From NCBI GenBank assembly GCA_902542765.1, contig CACBVW010000004.1:351-64350 (forward strand): a stretch of DNA of 64,000 bases, in the 5' to 3' direction. A model generated the notes under the pieces. It was given only the letters and a program-made list of their open reading frames with translations, was not told the DNA's origin and did no database searches. Shown here one piece after another: positions 28,990 through 41,300 of the stretch (position 1 is the stretch's first letter; every line of letters begins with the position of its first letter). Source of the stretch: an uncultured SAR116 cluster alpha proteobacterium. GTDB lineage: Bacteria; Pseudomonadota; Alphaproteobacteria; Puniceispirillales; Marisalimonadaceae. The translations under genes were made by a program, and so were the position numbers.

Positions 28990-31263
28990 TTAAAAACTTG
29001 TACCTATAGAAAATTGAAAGTTTTCTTCAATATCATAAGTTTCGCTTTGTATAGGAAATCCCCAAACCATTTGAAATGGTCCTACAGGCGTGTTCATTGC
29101 CAAACCAAAACCATTTGTTACCCTTGGGCTTTTGTCGTTGTAACCTCTAACGCCTGATTTATAGTCAGTTCCCCATAATGAACCAACATCAGAAAAAACA
29201 AACCATTCTAAACCGGTATCCTCAGGCATAAGTTTGTCAGATTTCAATTCAAAAGATAAATTATAAAAATTATTTCCTCCTACTGATTGATTGTTTCCTG
29301 TATCTCTTGGCCCCACTCCTGCGTTATCAAAGCCTCTTAAAGTTTTTCCACCTAAAAGAAACCGATTTGATGATGTAATTTTATCATCTATAGACGAAAT
29401 AAATCCAAAACCACTTTTTAATCCTAATATATAATCACCATAGTTAATAGGGTAGAATGCTTTTATATTAAAGACAGATTTATAAAATTTTGCGTCACCA
29501 CCAATTCCTGCTAAAGTATTATCAAATTTCCACCTATAACCAGATGATGGATTAAAATAACTATCACTTGTATCTTGTGATAAAGTATAAGTCATTGAAG
29601 AAGTAGTAATTTCTTTACCCTCCTCTCCAGTTTCAGATGCAGACGTGGAAGTACTAGAAGTAGTTGTTTCTGAGGTTGATAAATTATACATAATTGTCTG
29701 AGTAAAGTCATTTAAATTAAAACCAAACCCTAAATTAAATCCAGTTTTATTATTTTTTACATCCCCTTTGGAATTCTCACTTTCTTGATCATACATACCT
29801 CCGAATAAAGAAAGATGTCTATCTAGAAAATAAGGTTCTGTAATACCTATATTGTAGGTGGATTTTTGATCAGATAAATTTGCTTCAAATCGTATATTTT
29901 TCCCTTCACCAAGAAAATTTCTTTCTCTCAAACCAAGGGTAAACATTGTATTATTTAAAGAAGAATATCCAACACCAAATGTTGCAGAGCCAGTATTAAT
30001 TTCTCTAACTTGAATTATTAGATCAATAGATTGAGAGTCATCAGCATCTTCTAATCTATAGTTAACTGTTTCAAAAAAACCTAGTCTTTTGAGAGAATTG
30101 ATAGATGTATCTAGTTTACCTTTGTTAAAAGGATCTCCTTCTAAAAAAGATAATTCTCTTCTAATTACACTATCATTAGTTCTAGTATTACCAAGTATTA
30201 TGATTTTATTTATGAATTTTTTACTTCCTTCACTAATATTATAAGTAATATCGATTAAATTTTTTTTCTTTTCAACAACAGGAACAACCCTAACAAAACT
30301 GAACCCTATGTTTTCGAAATGTTTAATTAAATATTTAGTAGACTCATCTAACGCACGTGAGTCAAAAAAATCACCTTTTTGTAAGTACAATTCTTTTAAT
30401 AAATTTTTGTTATCATCAATGAGTGAAGTATTGATGTTAATTTTATCTACAGAATATCTCTGACCTTCACTAATAACAAAATTTATATTAAATCCTGAAA
30501 GATTAGGCAGAAGATCTCCTCTAGCCACTTTGACAGTAAAATCAGCATAACCTCTTTGGTTATAAAATTCTCTTAGTTTTTCTTTATCATAGTCTAAACG
30601 TTCAGGTATAAATTTATTAGAACCAAATATTTTATACCATGCATCTTCTTTTGTTGATATTGTTAATTTCAATTCAGTATCAGAAAAATTTTTATTGCCT
30701 ATAAAATTAATATTTTTAACAACGAGCAATGCTCCTTCATTAATTACAAAGTTTAGATTAACCCTCCCTTCACCTATTTCAATTTTCTTAATATTTACTT
30801 CGGCTAAATAACGACCAATTTTTTGATATTCTACTTTTATTTTTTTTATTGAATCACTTAAATCATTTTTATTAAAAATATCTCTTGAATCTATAGAAAT
30901 TAAATTGCTTAGTGTTTCATCATCTAACAAATCGTTTCCTGTGAAAGAAATTTCATTAATAATAGGATATTCTTCAACATTGATTAATAGAGTATAATTA
31001 TCAACTTTCAAACTAACCTTGTTAAACAAACCCGAATTATATAAGTCTTTTGTAAATTTATTTAAAACATCTTTGCTAAAATTTGTATTAGGGTATTCTG
31101 GAAGAAAATTTAGAATAAATGATTTAGATATTCTTTGCGTTCCATTTATTTTAACTTTTTCAATTCTTAATTCATAAGCATAAGATAAAGAGAAATTTGC
31201 TAAAAAAATAAATATTAACAAAAATTTATTTAATAATAAAAAAATTTTTAAAAATTTAATCAT
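28990..31263 (-). CDS. bamA: outer membrane protein assembly factor BamA
   Basis: POTRA repeats (GNTRT.D.VIRRE), LRGF, C-terminal FQFSIGTSF. Confidence 0.96.
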   Translation of the reverse strand: MIKFLKIFLLLNKFLLIFIFLANFSLSYAYELRIEKVKINGTQRISKSFILNFLPEYPNTNFSKDVLNKFTKDLYNSGLFNKVSLKVDNYTLLINVEEYPIINEISFTGNDLLDDETLSNLISIDSRDIFNKNDLSDSIKKIKVEYQKIGRYLAEVNIKKIEIGEGRVNLNFVINEGALLVVKNINFIGNKNFSDTELKLTISTKEDAWYKIFGSNKFIPERLDYDKEKLREFYNQRGYADFTVKVARGDLLPNLSGFNINFVISEGQRYSVDKININTSLIDDNKNLLKELYLQKGDFFDSRALDESTKYLIKHFENIGFSFVRVVPVVEKKKNLIDITYNISEGSKKFINKIIILGNTRTNDSVIRRELSFLEGDPFNKGKLDTSINSLKRLGFFETVNYRLEDADDSQSIDLIIQVREINTGSATFGVGYSSLNNTMFTLGLRERNFLGEGKNIRFEANLSDQKSTYNIGITEPYFLDRHLSLFGGMYDQESENSKGDVKNNKTGFNLGFGFNLNDFTQTIMYNLSTSETTTSSTSTSASETGEEGKEITTSSMTYTLSQDTSDSYFNPSSGYRWKFDNTLAGIGGDAKFYKSVFNIKAFYPINYGDYILGLKSGFGFISSIDDKITSSNRFLLGGKTLRGFDNAGVGPRDTGNNQSVGGNNFYNLSFELKSDKLMPEDTGLEWFVFSDVGSLWGTDYKSGVRGYNDKSPRVTNGFGLAMNTPVGPFQMVWGFPIQSETYDIEENFQFSIGTSF

Positions 31264-31307
31264 GCATATATTTTATATTCTTTTTTATTAATGTATAGCA
31301 TTTATAT

Positions 31308-32378
31308 CTATAATCCTAAATCAAAAGCTGTTACTAATACCATTAATGAAATTAGAAATAAAAAACCGAATTTTAGCAAAAATAATTGTATCGAACCTGA
31401 TAAAGGTTTTCCAAATATTAATTCATAAGTAAAAAGTAAAATATACCCGCCATCCAAAGCAGGTATTGGTAATAGATTTATCAGTCCTAAGTTTATAGAC
31501 AAAATTGCCATTAAAAAAATTATTGACGCAAAACCTCTATCTAAACTTGTGCCAGAAATTTTTGCAATACCAATGGGACCCAATACATCTTTTTTGTCAA
31601 CTTCAAGTGATAATAAAGCATTTAAACCTTTCACCCATTCAAGAGTCATGTTAATAGAATCCAAAACTCCAAACTTTAAAGCTGGTAAAATAGATAATGT
31701 AATTAATTCAGATGGCGCCGCTGTAACGCCAATCCTACCCAATATTCGTTTTGAATTTTTATCAAAAAATTCATCAGGAACAATATTAAAATAAAAAACA
31801 TCATCATTTCTTAAAACCTCAAATATAAGATTAATTTTAGCACTTTTTTCAACAATATTTTTAATATCAGAAAAATTTTTTATTTTCTTATTATTTATAC
31901 TTATGATTTTATCTCCAGAAATGATACCACCAATTTTTGCTGGCTTAGTTTCTAATACTTCATTAATAATTGGAGGAGAAACATATCTACCGTTAAAATA
32001 ATAGAGGCTAGTAATTAAAAGTAATCCTAAAATCAAATTAGCTAAAGGCCCGGACAAAACAATCATAAATCTAGAAAATAAATTAGCTTGCAAAAAAGCA
32101 CCTTTTTCTAAAAATTTTTTATCATTTTTTTTGGTAAGATTTACGAGTTCGCCTTTCATTTTTACGTAACCACCCAACGGTATTAAGGAAAATTTCCATC
32201 TAGTATTACTTCTGTCAGTATAACCAAATATTTCAGGTCCAAAACCAATCGAGAAAGACTCTACTCCTACTCCAGACTTTTTGGCGGCAAGATAATGGCC
32301 GAGTTCATGAAAAAATATCAAGGGTGTTAAAACAATAAAAAAACCAATCAAAGATGTAAAAAAACCACTCTCAATCAT
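31308..32378 (-). CDS. rseP: RIP metalloprotease RseP
   Basis: HELGH, FSIGFGP, PDZ domain, NLLPIPALDGG. Confidence 0.95.
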   Translation of the reverse strand: MIESGFFTSLIGFFIVLTPLIFFHELGHYLAAKKSGVGVESFSIGFGPEIFGYTDRSNTRWKFSLIPLGGYVKMKGELVNLTKKNDKKFLEKGAFLQANLFSRFMIVLSGPLANLILGLLLITSLYYFNGRYVSPPIINEVLETKPAKIGGIISGDKIISINNKKIKNFSDIKNIVEKSAKINLIFEVLRNDDVFYFNIVPDEFFDKNSKRILGRIGVTAAPSELITLSILPALKFGVLDSINMTLEWVKGLNALLSLEVDKKDVLGPIGIAKISGTSLDRGFASIIFLMAILSINLGLINLLPIPALDGGYILLFTYELIFGKPLSGSIQLFLLKFGFLFLISLMVLVTAFDLGL

Positions 32379-33544
32379 TTATAAAATTTCCTTTTAATAA
32401 GATTTAATGCATTCCTTCTTGCTATATTATCTATTTCAATTATATCGTCGATATTTTGGGGAATACTTGGCTTGCAAATATTTAAAGTTTCGTAAACTAT
32501 ATTATAGATATCTGTAAACTTAGCTTTATTTTTCAAGAAAGCATCAACAGCAATTTCATTTGAAGCATTTAGAACAATTGGAGAGCAATCAGAACTTTCA
32601 AGGACTTTCCAACCTAATTTTAATGCTGGAAATTTGTTAAAATCAGGTTCAAGAAAATTTAGATTACTAATATTATTTAATAATAATTTTTTTAGATTTA
32701 AATCTATTCTTTCAGGCCAGTTGAGAGCAACACTTAATGGTGTTATCATATCAGGAAAACCTAAGTTTGCTATAACTGAACCATCTTTATAATGAACTAA
32801 ACCGTGAATAATATGTTCGGGATGAACTGTAACTTGAATTTTATCACTTTTAATATTAAAAAGCACAGAAGCTTCAATAATTTCTAATGCTTTATTAAAC
32901 ATAGTAGCGCTGTCAACTGATATCTTTTTGCCCATTTTCCAAACAGGATGTTTTATTGCGTCTTTTGGTTTAATATTTTTAAAATTTTCAATTGGCGTTT
33001 TTAAAAAAGGGCCTCCAGATGCGGTAAGTGTAATAAAATCAACATTATCAATATTATTTTTTTCTAGACATTGAAATATTGCACTGTGCTCAGAGTCCAC
33101 TGGTAAGATCTTAACTTTTTTCTCATGACTTTTTTCCATAAAAATTTTCCCAGCAGATACTAATGTTTCTTTATTTGCAATAGCAAGATTATTTCCGGCA
33201 CTGATTGCAGCAAATGCTGGATACAAACCCGACATTCCAATTATTCCTAAAATTACAATATCGCAATTTATCTTTGCTAATTCAATTAAACTAGACTGCC
33301 CCACATATAACTCATTTTTACCATTATATGATTTAGCATTTTTAGGATTTGATAATACAACATTAGGAACATCAAATTCATTAACTATTTTGCTTAATAA
33401 TTCTGCGTTGTTATGAGCAGAAACACCAATTAGATTAAATCTTTCTTTGTTTTTTTTTAACAACCGCAAAGAAGACTCACCTATAGAACCAGTTGCTCCT
33501 AATAATATAATATTTTTTTTATTATCCATTTTGAAAGTTTTCAA
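32375..33544 (-). CDS. dxr: 1-deoxy-D-xylulose-5-phosphate reductoisomerase (alternative ATG 33529)
   Basis: LGATGSIG, ANKE, PVDSEH, TASGGPF, HPVW.MG.KISVDSATM.NK. Confidence 0.97.
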   Translation of the reverse strand: MKTFKMDNKKNIILLGATGSIGESSLRLLKKNKERFNLIGVSAHNNAELLSKIVNEFDVPNVVLSNPKNAKSYNGKNELYVGQSSLIELAKINCDIVILGIIGMSGLYPAFAAISAGNNLAIANKETLVSAGKIFMEKSHEKKVKILPVDSEHSAIFQCLEKNNIDNVDFITLTASGGPFLKTPIENFKNIKPKDAIKHPVWKMGKKISVDSATMFNKALEIIEASVLFNIKSDKIQVTVHPEHIIHGLVHYKDGSVIANLGFPDMITPLSVALNWPERIDLNLKKLLLNNISNLNFLEPDFNKFPALKLGWKVLESSDCSPIVLNASNEIAVDAFLKNKAKFTDIYNIVYETLNICKPSIPQNIDDIIEIDNIARRNALNLIKRKFYK

Positions 33545-34377
33545 TTAATAGAAATGTATAAAAAAGGTATTACAACAAAATATCCATCTAATCTATCCAT
33601 TAAACCTCCATGTCCAGGGATAAACTTTCCACTATCTTTTACTCCTATTTTTCTCTTAAAAGCAGATTCTATAAGGTCTCCAGAAAAAGCAAGAACTCCT
33701 ATAAAAAAGCCATAAATTAAAGAATAGACAAAATTAAAGTTCATTAAATCCTTAATAAAATAAGAAATCAAAATAGCACAAGCAAGACCAATTATAGTAC
33801 CTTCAACAGTTTTACCCTTACTTATAGTAGGAACAATTTTTCTTTTACCAAATAATTTACCTCCCAAGTATGCAAAAACATCCATAGTGCTAACTAAAAT
33901 CACAGCGTATAAGATTGTATATAATCCATTCGGAGAATGCAAAATAGATATTAAAGCAAAAAAAGAGAGAATTATTAAATTTGATAAGATAAAATTGATT
34001 AATTTTGATTTTTTGTATAAAAGAAAAATGATATTGAAAAAAACAGCAATAAAAAGAAAGATAATAATATTATTAAAAAACAAATATACGATTTCTATTT
34101 CATAAATTTCAAAAATAGTGAAAAATAAAAAAATTATTTGTAGAAACAAAATTTTAAAAATTTGTATTTTTTTTAAAATTTTAGTGGTTAATTTTTCATA
34201 TTCAAAAAAAACAAAGCTAAAAAAAATTGAAAAGAAAATTGAAACAAAGGGATTACCTAATGAAATTAAAGATAAAAACAAAAAAGATAATATTATAGTT
34301 GAAATAGACCTTTGTCTAAATTCTTGTACATTAACCATAGATATTATGTTTTTGAAAGGTTTAATTATCCCCACCAT
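33541..34377 (-). CDS. cdsA: phosphatidate cytidylyltransferase (alternative ATG 34338)
   Basis: IS.GKT.EG, GDLIES.FKR..GVKDSG..IPGHGG.MDR.D. Confidence 0.95.
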   Translation of the reverse strand: MVGIIKPFKNIISMVNVQEFRQRSISTIILSFLFLSLISLGNPFVSIFFSIFFSFVFFEYEKLTTKILKKIQIFKILFLQIIFLFFTIFEIYEIEIVYLFFNNIIIFLFIAVFFNIIFLLYKKSKLINFILSNLIILSFFALISILHSPNGLYTILYAVILVSTMDVFAYLGGKLFGKRKIVPTISKGKTVEGTIIGLACAILISYFIKDLMNFNFVYSLIYGFFIGVLAFSGDLIESAFKRKIGVKDSGKFIPGHGGLMDRLDGYFVVIPFLYISIN

Positions 34378-35047
34378 ATTTTCTTTTTCTTTTAGAGTAA
34401 TCTAAGATACAATTTTCTAATATTAATTTGTCAAAGTCAGGCCACATTTGTGATACAAACATCAACTCAGTATAAGCCAAATCCCATAGTAAAAAATTTG
34501 ATAATCTCATCTCCCCACCTGTCCTTATTAATAGATCTGGGTCTGGTAAATCATTGTTTAATGTATATTTTTTAAAGTCCTTTTCACTTATTTGTTTAAA
34601 ATTTTTATTGTGAATTAAAATTTTGTTGATTGCAGAAATAATATCTAATCTACCGCCGTAATTTAATGCTAAAGTTATAACAATTCCTTTATTTGATTGT
34701 GAGATATTTTGAATAATTTCTATCTTATCTTTTATTTTCTTTTCAAAAGCTGATAAATCACCAATAAATCTTACTCTAAAACTGTTTTCATTAATTTTTG
34801 AAATTGTCTGATCTAAAAATTGATTCAACAAACTCATTAAAAAAGAGATTTCTCTTTTAGATCTTTTCCAATTTTCAGTAGAGAAAACAAATAGAGTAAG
34901 AAATTTTAATTTAAACTCTTGAATATTATTTATTATATTCCATAAATTTTCAGCACCTTTTTTATGACCTTCGTAAGAAGGCAAGTTGTTAGCAGATGCC
35001 CAACGTCTATTGCCATCCATTATAATAGCTATATGGTCTAATTTCAT
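34361..35047 (-). CDS. uppS: undecaprenyl diphosphate synthase
   Basis: HIAIIMDGNRRWA, FSTENW.R, NYGGR, DLLIRTGGE.RLSNFLLW. Confidence 0.97.
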   Translation of the reverse strand: MKLDHIAIIMDGNRRWASANNLPSYEGHKKGAENLWNIINNIQEFKLKFLTLFVFSTENWKRSKREISFLMSLLNQFLDQTISKINENSFRVRFIGDLSAFEKKIKDKIEIIQNISQSNKGIVITLALNYGGRLDIISAINKILIHNKNFKQISEKDFKKYTLNNDLPDPDLLIRTGGEMRLSNFLLWDLAYTELMFVSQMWPDFDKLILENCILDYSKRKRKYGGDN

Positions 35048-35049
35048 AA

Positions 35050-35607
35050 TTAATTGTCTAATATTTCTTTTTCTTTATTTGAAAAGACTTCATCAATGTT
35101 ATTAATAATTTCATTTGTGATTTGTTGAATTAATAATTCATCTTGATGTTTTTGATCTTCACTAATATCGCCATTTTTTTGAAGCTTTCTTACATTTTCA
35201 ACATAATCTCTTCTGATGTTTCTTACAGCGACTTTAGAGTTTTCAGCATATTTTGCTGCGACTTTAGTAATTTCTATTCTTCTTTCTTCAGATAAAGGTG
35301 GAATATTAATCCTAATCACATTACCTTCTACCATTGGATTAAGACCTAATGGGCTCTCTCTTATACTTTTTTCTGTCGCAGCCACTATCGAACTATCCCA
35401 TACATTCACTAACAATAATCTAGGCTCTGGAACGCTAACAGTACTAACTTGGTTTATTGGCATTAGACTTCCATATGCATTTACACTTATTTGATCTAAC
35501 ATCGAAGAAGAAGCTCTTCCAACTCTTAGCCCACTTAAATCTTTTTTTAGAGAATCTATAGCTTTTTCCATTCTAGCTTTTATCTCATTAGATTTTAGTT
35601 CAACCAT
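35050..35607 (-). CDS. frr: ribosome recycling factor
   Basis: LR.GRA, LGLNP, PPLSEERR, KVAVRNIRRD. Confidence 0.97.
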   Translation of the reverse strand: MVELKSNEIKARMEKAIDSLKKDLSGLRVGRASSSMLDQISVNAYGSLMPINQVSTVSVPEPRLLLVNVWDSSIVAATEKSIRESPLGLNPMVEGNVIRINIPPLSEERRIEITKVAAKYAENSKVAVRNIRRDYVENVRKLQKNGDISEDQKHQDELLIQQITNEIINNIDEVFSNKEKEILDN

Positions 35608-35618
35608 AAAAATTCCTC

Positions 35619-36335
35619 CTAATCAGAAATTATAGTGAAAGAACCTTCACCTTTCAAAACTTTTGTAAGGTTTTTGTTTTTGTTTATTGAACAAACTATA
35701 ATTGGTATTTTATTTTCTCTAGCTAACGATATAGCTGATGCATCCATGACCTTAAGATCTTTGCTTAATACATCAAGATAATTAAGGTTTTTAAACTTAA
35801 TTGCATTTTTATCTTTTTTTGGATCAGCAGAATATACACCATCAACAAGGGTTGCTTTAATAATTGCATCACAATTCATTTCCGATGCCCTAAGAGCTGC
35901 TGCTGTGTCCGTTGTAAAATATGGATTGCCGGTACCAGCAGCAAAAATCACCACCCTACCTTTTTCCATATGCCTCTTTGCTCTCCTTCTAATATATTGC
36001 TCACAAACTGCAGAAATTGGCAGAGCTGACTGGACTCTTGTTTGAATTCCAATTTTTTCCATAGCATTTTGAATTGCTAAGCTATTCATAACGGTAGCTA
36101 GCATACCCATGTAATCTCCAGTAGCTCTGTCCATGCCGTTTTGAGTATTTGATATACCTCTATAGATATTCCCACCACCAACTACTATACATAACTGAAC
36201 ACCTAATTTAACAACTTCATGAATTTGATTTGCAAATGATTTTACAACTGAAGAATTTATACCAAAAGAATCTTCTCCCATCAGAGACTCACCGGATATT
36301 TTGAGAAGAATTTTTTTCCAATTAAAATTATTCAA
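35619..36335 (-). CDS. pyrH: UMP kinase
   Basis: [25 protein letters not shown]; TTG 36335 after AGGA preferred over the ORF-track start inside tsf. Confidence 0.96.
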   Translation of the reverse strand: MNNFNWKKILLKISGESLMGEDSFGINSSVVKSFANQIHEVVKLGVQLCIVVGGGNIYRGISNTQNGMDRATGDYMGMLATVMNSLAIQNAMEKIGIQTRVQSALPISAVCEQYIRRRAKRHMEKGRVVIFAAGTGNPYFTTDTAAALRASEMNCDAIIKATLVDGVYSADPKKDKNAIKFKNLNYLDVLSKDLKVMDASAISLARENKIPIIVCSINKNKNLTKVLKGEGSFTIISD

Positions 36336-36360
36336 AACTATTCCTGAAATTTTTTTAGCA

Positions 36361-37284
36361 CTATATACCAGCTGTCGCAGCAACTTCAGCCGCAAAATCA
36401 TTTTCAGCCACTTCTATACCTTCACCTAATTTTAATATTTTAAAATTCTTGATTTTTACTTCAGTTCCAAGATCATTAGATAATTTCTTAATGACATCTT
36501 TGATTTTAGTTTCACCATCAATTACTGACACTTGTTCATTTAAAACAACTTCTTGATAAAATTTTTGCAATCTCCCTTGAACCATTTTTTCTGCAATTTC
36601 TTTAGGCTTTCCAGTTGACATTGCTTGATCAATTAAAACTTCTTTTTCTCTTTTTACTAAATCGCTATCAAGATCGTCAATATTTAGCGCTTTAGGAGAG
36701 GTAGCTGCAATATGCATAGCAATTTGTCTACCTACATCTAATAATTGATTTTGTTTAGCTTGACACTCAAAAGCAACAATTACTCCTAATTTTCCAAGGT
36801 CCTCTGTAATTTTATTGTGAATATATGAAACTATAACTCCCTTAGACACCTCAAGGTATTCTACTCTCCTAATATTAATGTTTTCACCAATAGTAGCAAT
36901 GTTGTTATTAAGTTCTTGATCTACAGATCTACCTGTGTCAGGAAAAGGTAATTTTTTAAGAGCATTAACGTCAGATTTATGTGAAAGAACTAAATTACTG
37001 CAATTTTTTACAAAGTTTTGGAATAATTCATTTCTTGCTACAAAGTCAGTTTCAGAGTTGATCTCTACCATTGCGCCTTGAAGTTCATTTGTACTTATGC
37101 CTATTAAGCCTTCAGCTGCAACTCTATTAGATTTTTTTGCAACAGCAGATAAGCCTTGTTTTCTAAGCCAATCGATTGCATCTTCCATGTTTCCATTAGA
37201 TTCAACTAAAGCTTTTTTACAGTCCATCATGCCTGCACCACTTTTTTCTCTTAATTCTTTAACCATCGATGCTGACAAAGTCAT
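36361..37284 (-). CDS. tsf: elongation factor Ts
   Basis: [29 protein letters not shown]. Confidence 0.98.
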   Translation of the reverse strand: MTLSASMVKELREKSGAGMMDCKKALVESNGNMEDAIDWLRKQGLSAVAKKSNRVAAEGLIGISTNELQGAMVEINSETDFVARNELFQNFVKNCSNLVLSHKSDVNALKKLPFPDTGRSVDQELNNNIATIGENINIRRVEYLEVSKGVIVSYIHNKITEDLGKLGVIVAFECQAKQNQLLDVGRQIAMHIAATSPKALNIDDLDSDLVKREKEVLIDQAMSTGKPKEIAEKMVQGRLQKFYQEVVLNEQVSVIDGETKIKDVIKKLSNDLGTEVKIKNFKILKLGEGIEVAENDFAAEVAATAGI

Positions 37285-37370
37285 TTTTTTTCCTTTCTAA
37301 TTTTCTAGTAGGCACTATCAAGCTTACATGTGAATATTTAACTTATTTAAACATTTTTGATAGGTATAAC

Positions 37371-38219
37371 TTAGTTTGCAACTTCTTCAGTAGAAGTGCT
37401 TAAATCAATATTTTCGTTATTTTCACTTAGATTAACCTCGTGTACATTTTCTTCGGTTGGAACGTCATCTGCTATTTTTTCTTCTGCTAAATCTTGTGTC
37501 TCACCAATATCGACACCACTCTCCTCTAAATTAGTCTCTAACCCCTTCAATACTGAAGCAGCGATTAAATCACAGTACAGAGAGATTGCTCTTAATGCGT
37601 CATCATTTCCAGGTATAGGGTAATCAACATTAGATGGATTGGTATTAGTGTCACATATGGCAATAACTGGTATATTCAAGTTGTTAGCTTCCAAAACTGC
37701 AATAGCCTCTTTGTTTATATCTATTACAAATAATGCGTCTGGAATACCGTTCATATTTTTAATACCACCTAAGGTTAAATCTAGCTTTTCCTTTTGCCTT
37801 TCTATATTAAGTCTTTCTTTCTTTGTTAAACTATTAATTTCCTCAGATGAAATTCTATCTTCTAAATTTTTGAGTTTTTTAATAGATTTAGAAACGGTCT
37901 CCCAATTCGTTAACATGCCACCTAACCATCTATGATTAACATAATATTGACCACAGTTAGTGGCTGCTTGTGCAATCAGATCAGAGGCTGAACGTTTTGT
38001 TCCTACAAATAAAAATTTTCCTCCATTTTTGGCAATTGATTGAATGGCTTCTAATGCTTCATACAACATAGGAACAGTTTTTTCTAAATTAATGATATGA
38101 ATGCTATTTCTTTTGCCAAAAATGTATGGTGCCATTTTAGGGTTCCATCTTCTAGTATGATGACCAAAATGAACCCCAGCTTCCAGCAATTGACGCATTG
38201 TAAAAGTAGGTATTGACAT
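37371..38219 (-). CDS. rpsB: 30S ribosomal protein S2
   Basis: [27 protein letters not shown]; acidic tail. Confidence 0.98.
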   Translation of the reverse strand: MSIPTFTMRQLLEAGVHFGHHTRRWNPKMAPYIFGKRNSIHIINLEKTVPMLYEALEAIQSIAKNGGKFLFVGTKRSASDLIAQAATNCGQYYVNHRWLGGMLTNWETVSKSIKKLKNLEDRISSEEINSLTKKERLNIERQKEKLDLTLGGIKNMNGIPDALFVIDINKEAIAVLEANNLNIPVIAICDTNTNPSNVDYPIPGNDDALRAISLYCDLIAASVLKGLETNLEESGVDIGETQDLAEEKIADDVPTEENVHEVNLSENNENIDLSTSTEEVAN

Positions 38220-38293
38220 AAATAATCCTTTTACCGGTTAATGTTATAGTAATGTTTACGAACACCGGATGGTTTTAAAACCAAACATTACAC
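38220..38293 (-). promoter_or_regulatory. rpsB 5' leader (probable S2 autoregulatory RNA)
   Basis: Minus strand stem GTAATGTTT/AAACATTAC enclosing GGTTTT/AAAACC and a CCGGT that can pair with ACCGG just before the AAGGA SD (pseudoknot). Confidence 0.7.
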
Positions 38294-38304
38294 AAGATTT
38301 AAAT

Positions 38305-38333
38305 TTTTTAGATTACTTTCATTGATTTTGCAA
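38305..38333 (-). promoter_or_regulatory. candidate sigma70 promoter of rpsB-tsf
   Basis: Minus strand TTGCAA-N17-TAAAAA immediately upstream of the leader stem. Confidence 0.5.
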
Positions 38334-38353
38334 GTTTTAAAATTAATAGAAAA

Positions 38354-41300
38354 TCAAGAAAATTTGAAACGATCAATTCCACTTATTTTTGACAGATCAT
38401 TAATAAATTTAGATGATAATTTTATATTTTCTTTGATTTTAATTTCAACCTGCTGTTCTTTATTAGAAGTATTAATTAAAATATCTGAATGTCCAACTTC
38501 CAAAATTTTTAGCAATGGAACAAGTTTATCTAAATGTTTGTTAGTATTTGTAAATAAGGTAATATTGTATTTCTTATCTGAGATATAATCATTCAACAAA
38601 TGTATCCTTTTAGCATTAATTCTAGAAGTTTGATTGTTTTCATTTTTAATTTCAGCATCAATCAAAATTAGATTTTTTTCTATTAAATAATCTTCATATT
38701 TCATCAATACATCTGAAAATATATTTATCTCCAGGGAACCACTTAAATCATTTAACTGAATTGATACCCATCTACCTCTAGGAGATTGTCTTTTTTGAAT
38801 TTTAGAAATCTGACCGCATAACTTTAAATTCTGTTTGATATATTTTTCAGGTTCCTTAAGTATTTCAATACTTCTTATAACGTTCATTTTTATTAAAATG
38901 TTTGAATAACTATCTAATGGATGAGCTGATAAATATAATCCAAGAGATAAAAATTCATTATTTATACTTTGTTGAAAACTCCACTCTGTAGAATCTTGAA
39001 GATTTAAAAGTAGCCTATTAGAATCATTATTATTAAAAAGATTTGATTGCTGAGAGACTTTTTCTTTTTCTATTGAATGTGAATAATTCAACATTAAATC
39101 AATAGATATACATAATTTGTTCCTATTAGCTTCAATGATGTCAAAAGCTCCAGATTTTATAAGATTTTCAAATGATTTTTTTGTAATTAAACCGTAAGGC
39201 ACCCTATTTAAAAAATCGTCAATATTTTTAAATTCACCATCTTTATCTCTAATCTGCACAACTTTTTTAATAGCTTCGGTTCCAACATTTTTTATAGAAG
39301 ATAATGAGTATCTAATACCAAATTCACTAGAAGAAATATCTTCAATAAGAAACTCATAACTACTTTTATTAATACATGGTTGTAATATTTTCAAACCTAG
39401 TTTTTTGGCATCCTCTACAAATAAAGATAATTTTTCAGTATTATTATTTTCCACAGTCATCATAGAAACAAAAAACTCATGAATATAATTGGTTTTTACC
39501 CAGGCAGTTTGGTAGGCAATTAGAGCATAAGCAGCAGCATGAGATTTATTAAAACCATATCCAGCAAATGCTGCGATTTGATCAAAAATTTCATTTGCTT
39601 TTTCTACACTAATTCCTCTTTTTTTTGTGCCGTTTAAAAAAAATTTTTTTTGTTCAGCCATTTCTTCTTTGTCTTTTTTACCCATCGCTCTTCTTAAAAT
39701 ATCCGCTTTACCCAGTGAGAAATCAGCTAATATTTGTGCAGCTCTTAAAACTTGCTCTTGATAGATAAATATTCCATGTGTTTCTTCTAAAATAGTTTCT
39801 AAATTAGGATGCATATAAACTATATTTTCTTTGCCATGTTTTCTATTTATATAACTTGGAATATTTTCCATTGGACCTGGTCTATATAACGATACAACAG
39901 CAATTATATCCTCAAATCTGTCTGGTTTTAATCCAATTAAAACATCTTTCATTCCAGCAGATTCTAACTGAAATATACCAGTGGTAGAGCCAGTTGATAA
40001 CATTTCATATGTTTTTTTATCATTTAACGAAATCTTACTAAGATCAAAATTTTTATCTTTAAGCCTTATTAGAGCTTCAGCTTTAGAAAGAAAAGTTAAG
40101 GTTTTTAAACCAAGAAAATCAAATTTTACAAGCCCAGCTTTCTCAACAAATTTCATATTAAATTGTGTGGCGGGAATTTCATCTTCATTAAACTTGTATA
40201 ACGGAAGTAATTCATAAAGTGGCTTATCTCCAATAACCAAGCCTGCTGCATGTGTGGAAACATGCCTGTTTAAACCTTCAACATTAGTGGCAGTTTCAAT
40301 TAAATTTTGTACTTGTTCATTTTTTACTATTTCGTTCTTAAGTACATCATTTGTGTCAATAGCTTCTTGAATTGTAATTGGTTTAGAAGGAACAAAAGGT
40401 ATTAATTTTGCAATTTTATCCACTTGACCATAAGGCATCTCTAATACTCTTCCAACATCTCTAATAGCTGCTTTTGCTTGAAGACTTCCAAAAGTAATTA
40501 TTTGAGCAACCTTATCTTTTCCATATCTATTTCTAACATAGTCAATCACTTCTTCTCTTCTATCTTGACAGAAATCAATATCAAAATCAGGCATTGAAAT
40601 TCGCTCTGGATTTAGAAAACGTTCAAACAACAAGCCCCATCTTATTGGATCAAGGTCTGTAATACTCAATGACCAAGCGACTATTGAACCTGCCCCAGAT
40701 CCACGACCTGGACCGACTGGAATATCATTTTCTTTTGCCCATTTTATAAAATCGTAAACAATTAAAAAATATCCTGCAAAACCCATCTCATTAATTATTT
40801 TAAGTTCTTTATCAAGACGATTTTTATAATTAATTTTTTCATCATCCGTAAATTTAGTTGTTGATAAATTAAATCTTTCAACCAAACCCTTAAAGGATAT
40901 TTTTAAGAGATAATCAGCCTCGGAAATATTTTCTAAACCAGGGTATTTTGGCAATATAGGATTTATTTCTTTTAAAAAGAAAGAACATCTTTTAGCAATT
41001 ACTATAGTATTTTCAATAGCTTCCGGAATATCTTTAAATAATGATATCATTTTTTTGGGGTCTTTTAGATAATGTTCTTTAGTCAGCATTCTTCTATTAT
41101 CAGATGAAATTGTAAGCCCCTTATCAATGCAGGTTAATACCTGATGGGCTTCAAATTTATCTTCATTTTGGAAAAAACAATCGTTTGTTGCAACTAAAGG
41201 AACATCATATTCATATGCAAGATCTATTAAATTTTTTTCAGCAATTAATTGGCTTTTAATGCCATGTCTTTGGAGCTCAACATATAAATTATCATTAAAA

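Noticed and set aside
29600-29680. Ser/Thr-rich stretch in BamA (TSETTTSSTSTSASET)
   Set aside because: In-frame variable surface loop; no DNA-level repeat unit
36336-36401. ORF-track N-terminal extensions of pyrH (also rnc 58109-58162 and coxS 2827-2844)
   Set aside because: Overlap upstream genes; better starts with SD or stop-start coupling lie downstream
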